Of a stretch of 32,000 nucleotides of DNA, positions 9,867 to 18,584 are shown in pieces. The DNA comes from Moraxella nasovis (lineage in GTDB: Bacteria > Pseudomonadota > Gammaproteobacteria > Pseudomonadales > Moraxellaceae). The position numbers and the translations under genes are program-made. Every line of letters begins with the position of its first letter. The first letter of the stretch is position 1. The notes beneath the pieces were generated by a model. That model had not been told where the DNA came from, did no database searches, and saw nothing but the letters and a program-made list of their open reading frames with translations. The stretch lies in the NCBI RefSeq assembly GCF_022701215.1, contig NZ_CP089976.1, forward strand, positions 420,001 to 452,000, read 5' to 3'.

Positions 9867-10253
9867 ATGACCGACACTACAAAGACGGCAGATAACACCC
9901 AAAAGCCGAACCAAATTACCAATATGAAAGATGCTGTAAACAAAAACAGTACAGTAAAACCTGTCAGTATTAGTATTTCAGGAACAACTCACCGCATTGC
10001 TTGCCCTGCTGATAAAATCAAGCAACTTGAAGCAACCGCTGATAAGCTTAACGAGAAAATCCGTACTCTTCGCCGTGCCATCTCCAATAAAAGCCCAAAT
10101 AACGAAGAGTTATTGGTGCTGGTGTGCTTAGAATTACTCGACCAGCTCCAAAATCTACAAGATGCGCTTTACCAAAAGAGTCTTAACGATAAAAAGATTG
10201 ATTTACTCATCGATAAAATCACCCAAGATATCCAAGCGGTATCAAAACCATAA
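9867..10253 (+). CDS. zapA: Cell division protein ZapA
   Basis: The sequence VSISISGTTHRIACPADKIKQLEATADKLNEKI is followed by a C-terminal coiled coil. An AAGGA RBS is present, and synteny with ygfB supports the call. Confidence 0.8.
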   Translation: MTDTTKTADNTQKPNQITNMKDAVNKNSTVKPVSISISGTTHRIACPADKIKQLEATADKLNEKIRTLRRAISNKSPNNEELLVLVCLELLDQLQNLQDALYQKSLNDKKIDLLIDKITQDIQAVSKP

Positions 10254-10259
10254 GATCAC

Positions 10260-10283
10260 AACCACTCTTTTGAGTGGTTTTTT
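10260..10283. terminator. Terminator hairpin after zapA, shared with the convergent small gene
   Basis: The sequence aaccactc-tttt-gagtggtt is followed by a T-run. Confidence 0.65.
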
Positions 10284-10536
10284 ATGGCACAGACGGGTTA
10301 TTTTTATAAAACTTACTTTGATGCTCATCATTACAAAAAAACCGCTCCTTGTCATCATCATGCACCACAATTCCTCGATACGTCGCTAATGAATGCCCAC
10401 AATAGTCGCAATGACGCAGGCTTGTATCATCGCCCTCTTTTGGGAAAAAGTCACGGGGTGGCTTTGGGTACATGAATTTAAAAAATATTTTCATAATCAA
10501 TAAGATGATAATGACATTAATTAAAACAGCGAACAT
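10282..10536 (-). CDS. Small membrane-anchored zinc-ribbon protein (PP0621-like / TRASH-like Cys motif)
   Basis: An N-terminal TM helix (MFAVLINVIIILLIMKIFF) is followed by CDYCGHSL…FFCNDEH. I chose the ATG at 10536, which has a GAGGT RBS. Confidence 0.6.
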   Translation of the reverse strand: MFAVLINVIIILLIMKIFFKFMYPKPPRDFFPKEGDDTSLRHCDYCGHSLATYRGIVVHDDDKERFFCNDEHQSKFYKNNPSVP

Positions 10537-10619
10537 AATTTTACCTCTATAATGAGCCAAACAGCTTAAATAAACATCTAATAAACCAGACGTACTATAT
10601 CACAAAATATGCCTGATTA

Positions 10620-10628
10620 TGCTATACT
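10620..10628 (+). promoter_or_regulatory. Candidate extended -10 promoter (TGcTATACT) for nadE
   Basis: The sequence tgctatact lies about 110 nt upstream of the nadE ATG. The same 14-mer, ctgattatgctata, occurs at the miaB promoter. Confidence 0.3.
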
Positions 10629-10736
10629 GTTATTTGGTATGCAGACATGATGATTGCATGCTTGATTTATGATATATTAACCGTGCAATCTAAGAAAATA
10701 CAATTTGCATCACATTACATCATTAGGATTATAACA

Positions 10737-12425
10737 ATGCCAAAAAACAACCCAATAGAGCCGTGTGATACGTCTCAAATACACAGTATTGACACTCCCG
10801 AAGGTCATATTAATTTTGCTATTATGCAAACAAACTTCTGGGTAGGTGATATTGCAGGCAATGTCAAAAAAATGAAAGCACTAGCTTTAAGTGCCAAAAG
10901 CCAAGGTGCTGACATTGTCATCTTCCCTGAACTGTCATTGATTGGCTATCCGCCAGAAGATCTACTACTTCGCCCAACCCTAGGCGAACGTGTTCGATCA
11001 GCGATGAATGAGCTGGCTCAAATTGATGGCATTGTTACCATTTTAGGGTATCCACACATTGACCATCACGGCACCTTTAACTCTGCCGCTATCTTACAAG
11101 GCGGCAGCCAAAAAGGTTTTTATCATAAACAGTGCTTACCAAACTATGGTATTTTTGATGAACGACGTTATTTCAAAAAAGGCTTTAACCACGTTTTATT
11201 TGACTATAAAGGCACAACGATTGGTCTGTTGATTTGCGAAGATATCTGGCATGATGCACCGATTGCCGCCCTAAAAAACGAAGGGGCAGATTTGGTGGTT
11301 GTGCTAAATGCCTCGCCTTTTGAAATCGGCAAACAAGCCAAGCGCAAAGAACAACTGCATGCCCAAGCCACTAAGCACAATCTACCCATCATCTATGCAA
11401 ATACAGTGGGTGCTCAAGATGACATTGTCTTTGATGGTGGGTCACTCATCGTGCAGGCAGATGGTAGTATCGCTCATGAAGGCTCTCGATTCTTAAATCA
11501 GCTGATTATGGCACAGTTTAACGCCACCGCCAAAACATTTGACACCCAAGTTAAGCCTCCTATCGTACTATCTGAAGAATCAGAGATGTACCAAGCCTTG
11601 GTTGTGGGTTTGCGTGATTATGTCAATCGTTCAGGCTTTAAAGGGGTTATCATCGGCTTATCTGGGGGTATTGATAGCGCCTTAACCTTGTGCATCGCCG
11701 TAGATGCCTTAGGTGCAGATAAAGTTTATGCCGTCATGATGCCATATGAATTCACATCAGGCATGAGCCTAGAAGATGCTGCTGCCCAAGCCGCTCGCCT
11801 CAACGTCTCTTATACCGTCTGCCCAATCCATGATGCGGTAGCAGGCTTACGCTCATCACTTGCACCACTGTTTGCAGGTAGTACGCCTGACGTTACCGAA
11901 GAAAACTTACAAGCCAGAGCTCGTGGCATGATTCTTATGGCGTTATCTAATAAGTTTGGGCATATGGTTGCAAGCACAGGCAATAAATCAGAAAACGCAG
12001 TAGGCTATGCCACACTCTACGGCGATATGGTTGGCGGATTTGACGTACTTAAAGACGTCTACAAAACGGACGTCTATCGTCTAGCCAACTATCGCAATCG
12101 CCTAGAAGATGATCCTGTTATCCCTAAGCGTGTCATCACTCGCCCACCATCAGCAGAATTACGTCCAGATCAAAAAGACGAAGACACCTTGCCTGCTTAT
12201 GACACACTCGATGCAATCTTAAAAATGTACATTGATGAAGATCTAGGCTATAAGGCAATCTGTGCAGCAGGCTTTGATCCTGACACGGTTGAACGCGTGC
12301 TTGACATGGTAGATAAAGCTGAGCATAAACGCCGCCAAGGTGCGATTGGCACAAAAATTACCAAAAAATCTTTCGGCCGTGAACGTCGCTATCCTTTGGT
12401 GAATGGTTGGTCCATCAAGGGCTAG
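10737..12425 (+). CDS. nadE: Glutamine-dependent NAD+ synthetase
   Basis: The N-terminal CN-hydrolase domain contains FPELSLIGYPPED and LICEDIWH. The C-terminal NAD synthetase domain carries the PP-loop GLSGGIDSA. I chose the ATG at 10737 rather than the upstream in-frame start at 10647. Confidence 0.93.
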   Translation: MPKNNPIEPCDTSQIHSIDTPEGHINFAIMQTNFWVGDIAGNVKKMKALALSAKSQGADIVIFPELSLIGYPPEDLLLRPTLGERVRSAMNELAQIDGIVTILGYPHIDHHGTFNSAAILQGGSQKGFYHKQCLPNYGIFDERRYFKKGFNHVLFDYKGTTIGLLICEDIWHDAPIAALKNEGADLVVVLNASPFEIGKQAKRKEQLHAQATKHNLPIIYANTVGAQDDIVFDGGSLIVQADGSIAHEGSRFLNQLIMAQFNATAKTFDTQVKPPIVLSEESEMYQALVVGLRDYVNRSGFKGVIIGLSGGIDSALTLCIAVDALGADKVYAVMMPYEFTSGMSLEDAAAQAARLNVSYTVCPIHDAVAGLRSSLAPLFAGSTPDVTEENLQARARGMILMALSNKFGHMVASTGNKSENAVGYATLYGDMVGGFDVLKDVYKTDVYRLANYRNRLEDDPVIPKRVITRPPSAELRPDQKDEDTLPAYDTLDAILKMYIDEDLGYKAICAAGFDPDTVERVLDMVDKAEHKRRQGAIGTKITKKSFGRERRYPLVNGWSIKG

Positions 12426-12459
12426 ATATCTAATCTAAGGCGATATCTAATCTAAGACT

Positions 12460-12488
12460 AAAATGACACGTTTGAACGTGTCATTTTT
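12460..12488. terminator. Bidirectional terminator between convergent nadE and yggS
   Basis: The sequence aaaatgacacg-tttgaa-cgtgtcattttt forms the hairpin. Confidence 0.7.
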
Positions 12489-12489
12489 A

Positions 12490-13191
12490 TTAAGAATACT
12501 CTCTGTCGCCAAAGATTGCCGTCCCCACACGAACCATCGTTGAGCCAGCAGCGACCGCTTGGGTCATATCGCCACTCATGCCCATAGATAGCGTATCCCA
12601 ATTTGGCAGATTGTATTTTTTTACCACTTGATCAAATAAGACTTTCGTGCGGATAAAGGCGTTATCATTTGCTTTTGCAGGAATAATCATCAGCCCTCGC
12701 AGACTAAGATTTGGCAAGCCTATTATCTCGTCAATTAGCCCAAATAAATCCTGAGCAAGCACGCCAGACTTGCTGTCTTCATCATCGATATTCACCTGAA
12801 TTAGGATATTTAATGGCGGTAAGCCTTCACGCTGCTGACTAAGCCTGCGAGCGATAAGTGCACGCTCAACTGTATGCACCCAATCAAAACACGTGGCGAT
12901 ATCTCGGGTTTTATTTCGCTGAATACTACCGATATAATGCCATATAATGGGCAGGTCTTGGAGTTCTTGCTGTTTTTGCAAGGCTTCTTGTAGATAGTTC
13001 TCACCAAAATCTACCTGCCCTGCCTTATACAGCTCTCGTATCATTTGAGCCGGCTTAGTTTTTGATACCGCTAATAATAAAGCCCCTGCTTTGCGACCAG
13101 CACCTTGATTGGCTTTACCTAAGGCAGTTTTAACCGCTTGATAATTTTGCAGTAAGGTGTGTGTCTTTATCATTTCATCTGCTACTTTCAT
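12490..13191 (-). CDS. yggS: YggS-family pyridoxal-phosphate homeostasis protein
   Basis: The sequence contains LLAVSKTKP (PLP lysine)…FGENYLQEA…WHYIGSIQRNK…LSMGMSGD. The start is ambiguous between 13191 and 13173. The gene is divergent from pilT, as in Pseudomonas. Confidence 0.9.
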   Translation of the reverse strand: MKVADEMIKTHTLLQNYQAVKTALGKANQGAGRKAGALLLAVSKTKPAQMIRELYKAGQVDFGENYLQEALQKQQELQDLPIIWHYIGSIQRNKTRDIATCFDWVHTVERALIARRLSQQREGLPPLNILIQVNIDDEDSKSGVLAQDLFGLIDEIIGLPNLSLRGLMIIPAKANDNAFIRTKVLFDQVVKKYNLPNWDTLSMGMSGDMTQAVAAGSTMVRVGTAIFGDREYS

Positions 13192-13368
13192 GTTTAGCCC
13201 ATTTTTATTATATTATAGATTACAAAAATACGGTTATTTATCATCAAATACAAACCCACCATAAAATAGATATTTTGAGTCTAAAAACCTTTAGCATGTA
13301 TTTTAAAGCATAAAACGCTTTTCATCTACCAGTAAACGTGCTTTAATATCTATTTTACCCATATCACA

Positions 13369-14412
13369 ATGACAAACACACCTAACCTTAATCAATTACT
13401 TGCATTTGTAACACATCATCACGCCTCCGACTTACACCTAAGTACTGGCGAGCCGCCCATCATGCGTATAGACGGGCAAATTACTCGCACTGATTTACCG
13501 CCGCTTAGTGCTGATGCTGCGATTGCACTTATCAAAGCTTCCATGTCAGATGGTCAGTTTGATGAATTTTGTTCCCAAAAAGAGCTAGATTACGCCTTAC
13601 AAATTCCTCAAGTTGGGAGATTTCGTGTCAATGCTTTTACTCATCATCGTGGTGTAGCGGCTGTTTTTCGCCACATTCCAGATAGCATTCCTACGTTAGC
13701 CTCGCTATCTTTTGGGGCTGTTTTTGAGAAAATCGCCACATTATCACAAGGTCTAGTACTCATCACAGGGGCGACAGGCTCTGGTAAATCTACCACACTA
13801 GCCGCCATCATTGACCATATCAACCACACCCAAAATAAGCACATACTCACCATCGAAGATCCCATCGAGTTTATCCATCATGCTAAATACTCCCTAATTA
13901 GTCAGCGTGAAGTTAAAAGAGATACGGCAAGCTTTGAGCAAGCATTAAAGTCCGCTTTGCGTGAAGATCCTGATGTTATCTTAGTGGGTGAGCTACGTGA
14001 TTTGGCAAGTATTCGCTTAGCACTCACCGCCGCTGAAACAGGTCATCTGGTGCTAGGAACGCTACATACTGCTAGTGCGGTAAAGACAATTGATAGGATT
14101 GTGGATGTGTTTAATGCAGATGATAAGGCAATGATTCGCACCATGCTCTCAGAATCGCTACAGGCAGTTGTCAGCCAGTCATTATTGCCAAAAGTCGGTG
14201 GCGGAAGAATAGCGGCTCACGAAATTCTCATCAGCACGCCTGCCATTCGTCATATGATACGAGAACATAAATTAGCCCAAATCCACTCAGCCATGCAAAC
14301 TGGTCTGAACCAAGGCATGACAACGCTTGATCAAGCACTAGCTAAGCTTGTCAATCAGGGGCTTATCAGCCAAGAAACGAGCAAAATCTACACAAAAGAT
14401 ATTAAATTGTAA
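13369..14412 (+). CDS. pilT: Type IV pilus retraction ATPase PilT
   Basis: It has ASDLHLSTGEPPIMRIDG, Walker A GATGSGKST, Walker B ILVGELRD, a His box and the AHEILISTPAIRHMIRE motif. Confidence 0.93.
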   Translation: MTNTPNLNQLLAFVTHHHASDLHLSTGEPPIMRIDGQITRTDLPPLSADAAIALIKASMSDGQFDEFCSQKELDYALQIPQVGRFRVNAFTHHRGVAAVFRHIPDSIPTLASLSFGAVFEKIATLSQGLVLITGATGSGKSTTLAAIIDHINHTQNKHILTIEDPIEFIHHAKYSLISQREVKRDTASFEQALKSALREDPDVILVGELRDLASIRLALTAAETGHLVLGTLHTASAVKTIDRIVDVFNADDKAMIRTMLSESLQAVVSQSLLPKVGGGRIAAHEILISTPAIRHMIREHKLAQIHSAMQTGLNQGMTTLDQALAKLVNQGLISQETSKIYTKDIKL

Positions 14413-14454
14413 AATACACCTTAAATAAACGTCGCTTATTTATTGAATCAACTA

Positions 14455-14492
14455 CAAAAAAAAGAAAACAGCATAACTATGCTGTTTTCTTT
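14455..14492. terminator. Bidirectional terminator between pilT and the CarO-like OMP gene
   Basis: An A-run is followed by the stem aaaacagca / tgctgtttt and then a T-rich tail. Confidence 0.75.
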
Positions 14493-14515
14493 GGTTTAAT
14501 CTATACTAGATTAGA

Positions 14516-15289
14516 TTAGAAGCGTAAAGTTGCACCAACTTTAACAATAGGCCACCACTCAAGGCTTGCTTCTTCAAATTCTTTTTTAACATCACTTTCT
14601 AGTACCAGATCTTTAGCACTTGATTTAACATCGGCTTTGATGTCACCTACATAAGCTGCACCCACTTCACCAAACAAGCCCCAACGCTCGCTTAGGTTTG
14701 GACGATAGCCAATAGTTGCATAAGGTGCTAGTGTGTTTTTGTGTTTTGCTTCAATCGCTACACTTTCACCAGAACCGATAGTGTGTGTTCTACCATCAAT
14801 AGAAATGTCGGCAGTTTCACCAGCTTTCGGGCTTAGTTTTGCTTTTAGTTTGTTATCGCTATAAATCACGCCTGTGCTTACAGTAACGCTGTTAGCAAAT
14901 GGGCGTAGGTTTACACCGATGTATGGGTTGTTTAGGCTTAGATCGTAGGCAAAATCACCTTTGAAGTTTTCATAGCCTTTACCTAGTACTTTTTTGTAGT
15001 TTAGGTATGAGTCGTTAGCATTTAGGTCAACAGTACCTTCAGTGTCTGCACCGTTCCAACCAGCAACAACTTCAGTTTTTTCGTTTGCAGACCATGCGAT
15101 ACTACCACCGTAACCTAGTGTGCTCACTTCAGCACTGATAGATGCTGGCTTAGATAGGGTAGTGAATAGAGTCTTGCCACTGTTCACAACGGTTGTGCCA
15201 GTAGTTTTAACGCCGTCAGTTACCACATTTGCCATAGCAGTGGTAGATAATAGAGCAACTGCGATTGCAGATAATTTGATAGCTTTCAT
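14516..15289 (-). CDS. CarO-like small outer-membrane beta-barrel protein
   Basis: A signal peptide (MKAIKLSAIAVALLSTTAMA) and a C-terminal aromatic residue (…VKVGATLRF) are present. Blocks resemble my recollection of Acinetobacter CarO: EVSTLGYGGSIAWSAN, SIDGRTH, APYATIGYRPNLSERWGLFGEVGAAYVG and LEWWPIVKVG. I chose the ATG at 15289 with a GGAGAA RBS. Confidence 0.7.
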   Translation of the reverse strand: MKAIKLSAIAVALLSTTAMANVVTDGVKTTGTTVVNSGKTLFTTLSKPASISAEVSTLGYGGSIAWSANEKTEVVAGWNGADTEGTVDLNANDSYLNYKKVLGKGYENFKGDFAYDLSLNNPYIGVNLRPFANSVTVSTGVIYSDNKLKAKLSPKAGETADISIDGRTHTIGSGESVAIEAKHKNTLAPYATIGYRPNLSERWGLFGEVGAAYVGDIKADVKSSAKDLVLESDVKKEFEEASLEWWPIVKVGATLRF

Positions 15290-15417
15290 TCGCTTCTCCA
15301 AAAAGTTAAGTTTATTGACCTATAAGAAATTAAAAATACTGGTCAAATCTTGCTTGCTATTAAAAAGCATTTGATTGATTTTGTCATCATCATTTTTATA
15401 TGCTTTTTGTAATTTTA

Positions 15418-15434
15418 TGTAACCAATTGTTACA
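15418..15434. promoter_or_regulatory. Palindrome TGTAAC-N5-GTTACA upstream of the CarO-like gene
   Basis: A perfect 6-bp inverted repeat with a 5-bp spacer lies about 130 bp upstream of the ATG at 15289, inside a 316-bp AT-rich intergenic region. Confidence 0.25.
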
Positions 15435-15605
15435 AAAATTATACAAACTAAGAATGTATTACACCCAGTTTATGGGGTAAACATTCCATTTTTCAATAAC
15501 AATGGGCTATTCTACCACATTTTATCCTGATTTTCTGCATTTCTTATGATAAACAATGGCTTATTTTGTGAATCATGGGTCACGCTACCAAATATGGCAC
15601 GCTTA

Positions 15606-16010
15606 TCACCGCTGCACTAACCACTCATCGCCCATGCCACACTGGCTTTTATCGTCTTGATGCTGGCACTTTTTACCGTTTTGGTCTAAGCTAAATGTTG
15701 GGGCATTTTTAGATATGGGTGTGGCAACAATTTGCCAAAAACTACCCGTTGCTTGGGCGTTTAGCTGATAATCACCATCATCAGACAAACCTTGATAATC
15801 ATCTAAATCCAATAAATGAACGCCTTTTACAGTCGTTGCCATATCTAGCCTTGTAGCTAGACTTTGCATCTGACTCATCAGATTAAGTTTAGCTGCTTTT
15901 GCTTGATGGGCTTGATAGCGGGGTATCGCAATCATAACAAGCACCGCTATAATCACCAGTACAACTAAAAGTTCAACTAAAGTAAATCCTAAAACAGCTC
16001 TTTGGTTCAT
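15606..16010 (-). CDS. pilE: Type IV minor pilin PilE-like
   Basis: The prepilin leader with cleavage/methylation motif is MNQRAVLG|FTLVELLVVLVIIAVL. It is the last gene of the minor-pilin operon. Confidence 0.8.
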   Translation of the reverse strand: MNQRAVLGFTLVELLVVLVIIAVLVMIAIPRYQAHQAKAAKLNLMSQMQSLATRLDMATTVKGVHLLDLDDYQGLSDDGDYQLNAQATGSFWQIVATPISKNAPTFSLDQNGKKCQHQDDKSQCGMGDEWLVQR

Positions 16011-16025
16011 AATCTATCCATGATA

Positions 16026-18584
16026 TTACTCTAAGTTATGATTAAGCAAGCGAAAATCATACCATCGTTGTGGTACAAGTACGCCACTTAGCGTGTTCAC
16101 ATCATTTTCCACCGCAGTCGGAGCGTCTTTGGTGGTATCATCTGGAGTGAGAATGCCCACAGACTTTGGGGTATTTATAGATGAATGCTGATTATTTTTA
16201 TTAATCAAATTCACCTGCCAAACGCCATTTACCATCGTACTCATACTACCCATACCATCCACAGAATCCACAAAGCTCATTGGTAAGTTGCCATTACTGC
16301 GGTTTTGGCACACACCAAAGGGTAAGCAATACCCTTGCAGTTGCGATATAATCGGTGAGCCTTGGCAAGATGGCTTTGGTAAAAGATACTTATAAGCTGT
16401 TAGGTAGTGCATACTTTGCTTTGGGTTATGCACAGCATGCCAAATCCTGCCATCATAGCTACCACTTGCAAAATCATCACCCACCTTAAGCGTGCGATAC
16501 CACCCACGAGCATGACGAATCTGATTTGGTAAAATTGCATTTGATCTGCCATCTAATCTGATAAGCCCATCTTGGGTAATATGGCGGCTTTTGGCATGGT
16601 TTATCTGATTTGTTAAGCCATCATCAAACACACCAAAAAGATAACTTTTATCATCTGCTAAATGTGGTGATTGGTGAGATGAAGCAATGCTAATGACTGC
16701 GGTGCGTTTACGCCCTGCTATGCGGTGCAAGCTAACTTGTGGTTTTTGGTAAAATGCCACTCGGCTACGATCTGATGCAAAATAATCACCATGTGCCGAA
16801 AAAATACGCCATACAGGTGAGTGCTCTATATCACCCACGAAATCCACACGGAAAATCTGACCGCCTAGATCAGCAGCATACAGATGATCAGCTACAAAAT
16901 CACGATCTTTATCAATTAAGGTTAGCGGCGCTGCAATGTCATGCACCATCAGACGACTGTCATTCATCGCTTTTGTCGACGTCCATACCGCTAAAGATTG
17001 GCCAGATCTTGCGTGCACAGCATAGATAGCATTTGCAGACGCTCCATCACAAGCGATAAAAGGCATATGACAAGGTGTCGTGCCACCGCCAAAGATAAGA
17101 GCAGGCACAGTTTTACCATCTGCTAGCGTCAGCTGTGTTGCACTAATAGCAGCATAAATATGTGACAGCTTAGGTAAATCAGATGGGGTCAAATCGTATA
17201 ATAGTCTTGGAGCTACGCCATAAGATGTATTGGTAATGTCAAGTGCAGTAATCCCTTTATCGCTCTCACCAAAGCCACCTACTGCCATCATACGACTGGC
17301 ATCACCCTGCTTAAAATCTGACAAAACCCAAGCGGCATCTAGTCCAAATTGACCTGTTATAAGTCTTGGCAAAATCGCAAACACCTGCCGTCCGCTGTCT
17401 AGATTTACCCCACGCAAGACACCTTGGGTATCTGTGATAATCATTAGGCGATCATGAATATAGGGTCTGTGAACAATCGCCCCCATAGTCGGTTTTACAC
17501 CACGTCTTGCTCTGGCATTTAGTATATCAGTCAGTTCATTATTACTTACAGCTGCTGATATGCCTGACGTATCCACCCCCAAAAGCTGTACCAAATGGAT
17601 CAGCTGACTGGCAGAATAGCCATCTTTAAGCAATCGAAGCCCAATAATATCACGCTTGCCGATAGATAGCTGAACAAATTTGTCGGATGTTGGGGATTGA
17701 CGCACCCAAATTGAATTATCCTGAGGGTGTATCTTTCGCTGTGCATTCATGCCGACATCTGTAGATGCTGCCCATACATCAACACCACCAAGCCAAGTCA
17801 ATCGCCCGTCACCGTCTTTGCCATACTGCCAAGTTAAATTACCGTGTTTTGCAGGAAATTTTAGCAAATTACCGTGCCAGCGACCTTCTTTTTGATGTGC
17901 TGTTGCGACATATACATGATCGCCATGAGTGTGCATCATGCTCACCACAGGCGTTGTATCATTTGGCACTTGATGAATGGCAGTAGTAATAATCTGATGG
18001 ATTTGTGTATCTAAATGTTCTGCATAAGTGGCATTTGCTTGAATTTTAACGTGTGACGAACACTGATGATTATCATCAAAGATGCGGCTTAAGCTTTGGT
18101 CATCGGTAGATAAACGAGCAATCTTTTTGGCCAATGCTGCCCGCCCAGCTTGGGTATCTTGTGACTTTATGAATGATGAACCATGATCACCATGAACGAC
18201 GATAGCAAGGTGGTCTACAGAAAAATCTTTTGTTAATAAAGTCAGTAACGCAGCAGTCGCTACTGATTTAGCATCATAGATGGTTTGATTACCACGACGA
18301 CAGCCGTGCATGGTATAAGTGATACGTTCATCGCCAATCTGCACTGACTGTGCCATTACATGGTTATGTATAACCATATCGCCTGATACATCGCATATCT
18401 TATCAGCCTGCTGAATAGAGCGAACGCCACTGCGTGTGCTGTTATCTATCTCAAAAATTAGCACACTATCTAAAGATGGTGCTATATTTGCAAGAATGCT
18501 TGATCCAAACCCATTAGCAAACGCTGTATTGGTAAATGCCAACACAGCCAAGTATATCCACGCTCGCCAACTACTCATACCCAT
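16026..18584 (-). CDS. pilY1: PilY1 / PilC-family type IV pilus tip-associated protein
   Basis: A signal peptide is present. The C-terminal half matches my recollection of the PilY1 propeller, including the calcium-site motif DKDRDFVAD…YAADLGGQIFRV (nt 16887-16913). It lies between pilX and pilE. The start overlaps the pilX end. Confidence 0.85.
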   Translation of the reverse strand: MGMSSWRAWIYLAVLAFTNTAFANGFGSSILANIAPSLDSVLIFEIDNSTRSGVRSIQQADKICDVSGDMVIHNHVMAQSVQIGDERITYTMHGCRRGNQTIYDAKSVATAALLTLLTKDFSVDHLAIVVHGDHGSSFIKSQDTQAGRAALAKKIARLSTDDQSLSRIFDDNHQCSSHVKIQANATYAEHLDTQIHQIITTAIHQVPNDTTPVVSMMHTHGDHVYVATAHQKEGRWHGNLLKFPAKHGNLTWQYGKDGDGRLTWLGGVDVWAASTDVGMNAQRKIHPQDNSIWVRQSPTSDKFVQLSIGKRDIIGLRLLKDGYSASQLIHLVQLLGVDTSGISAAVSNNELTDILNARARRGVKPTMGAIVHRPYIHDRLMIITDTQGVLRGVNLDSGRQVFAILPRLITGQFGLDAAWVLSDFKQGDASRMMAVGGFGESDKGITALDITNTSYGVAPRLLYDLTPSDLPKLSHIYAAISATQLTLADGKTVPALIFGGGTTPCHMPFIACDGASANAIYAVHARSGQSLAVWTSTKAMNDSRLMVHDIAAPLTLIDKDRDFVADHLYAADLGGQIFRVDFVGDIEHSPVWRIFSAHGDYFASDRSRVAFYQKPQVSLHRIAGRKRTAVISIASSHQSPHLADDKSYLFGVFDDGLTNQINHAKSRHITQDGLIRLDGRSNAILPNQIRHARGWYRTLKVGDDFASGSYDGRIWHAVHNPKQSMHYLTAYKYLLPKPSCQGSPIISQLQGYCLPFGVCQNRSNGNLPMSFVDSVDGMGSMSTMVNGVWQVNLINKNNQHSSINTPKSVGILTPDDTTKDAPTAVENDVNTLSGVLVPQRWYDFRLLNHNLE

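Noticed and set aside
10254-10450. Expected 6S RNA (ssrS) downstream of zapA
   Set aside because: Synteny led me to look for it. The interval is occupied by a terminator hairpin and a convergent protein-coding gene with an RBS. By eye I see no similarity to the E. coli 6S sequence and no long end-pairing helix. No ygfA homolog follows. It needs cmsearch for a definitive answer.
10647-10736. Long N-terminal extensions given by the ORF track for nadE, miaB (4303), the CarO-like gene (15301), pldA (22803), hlyD (24464), the DUF3465 gene (23275) and hemB (30404)
   Set aside because: Where I checked the codon, the extension starts at a TTG. They lack an RBS and add non-homologous residues. Internal ATGs with an RBS and/or proper signal peptides fit better.
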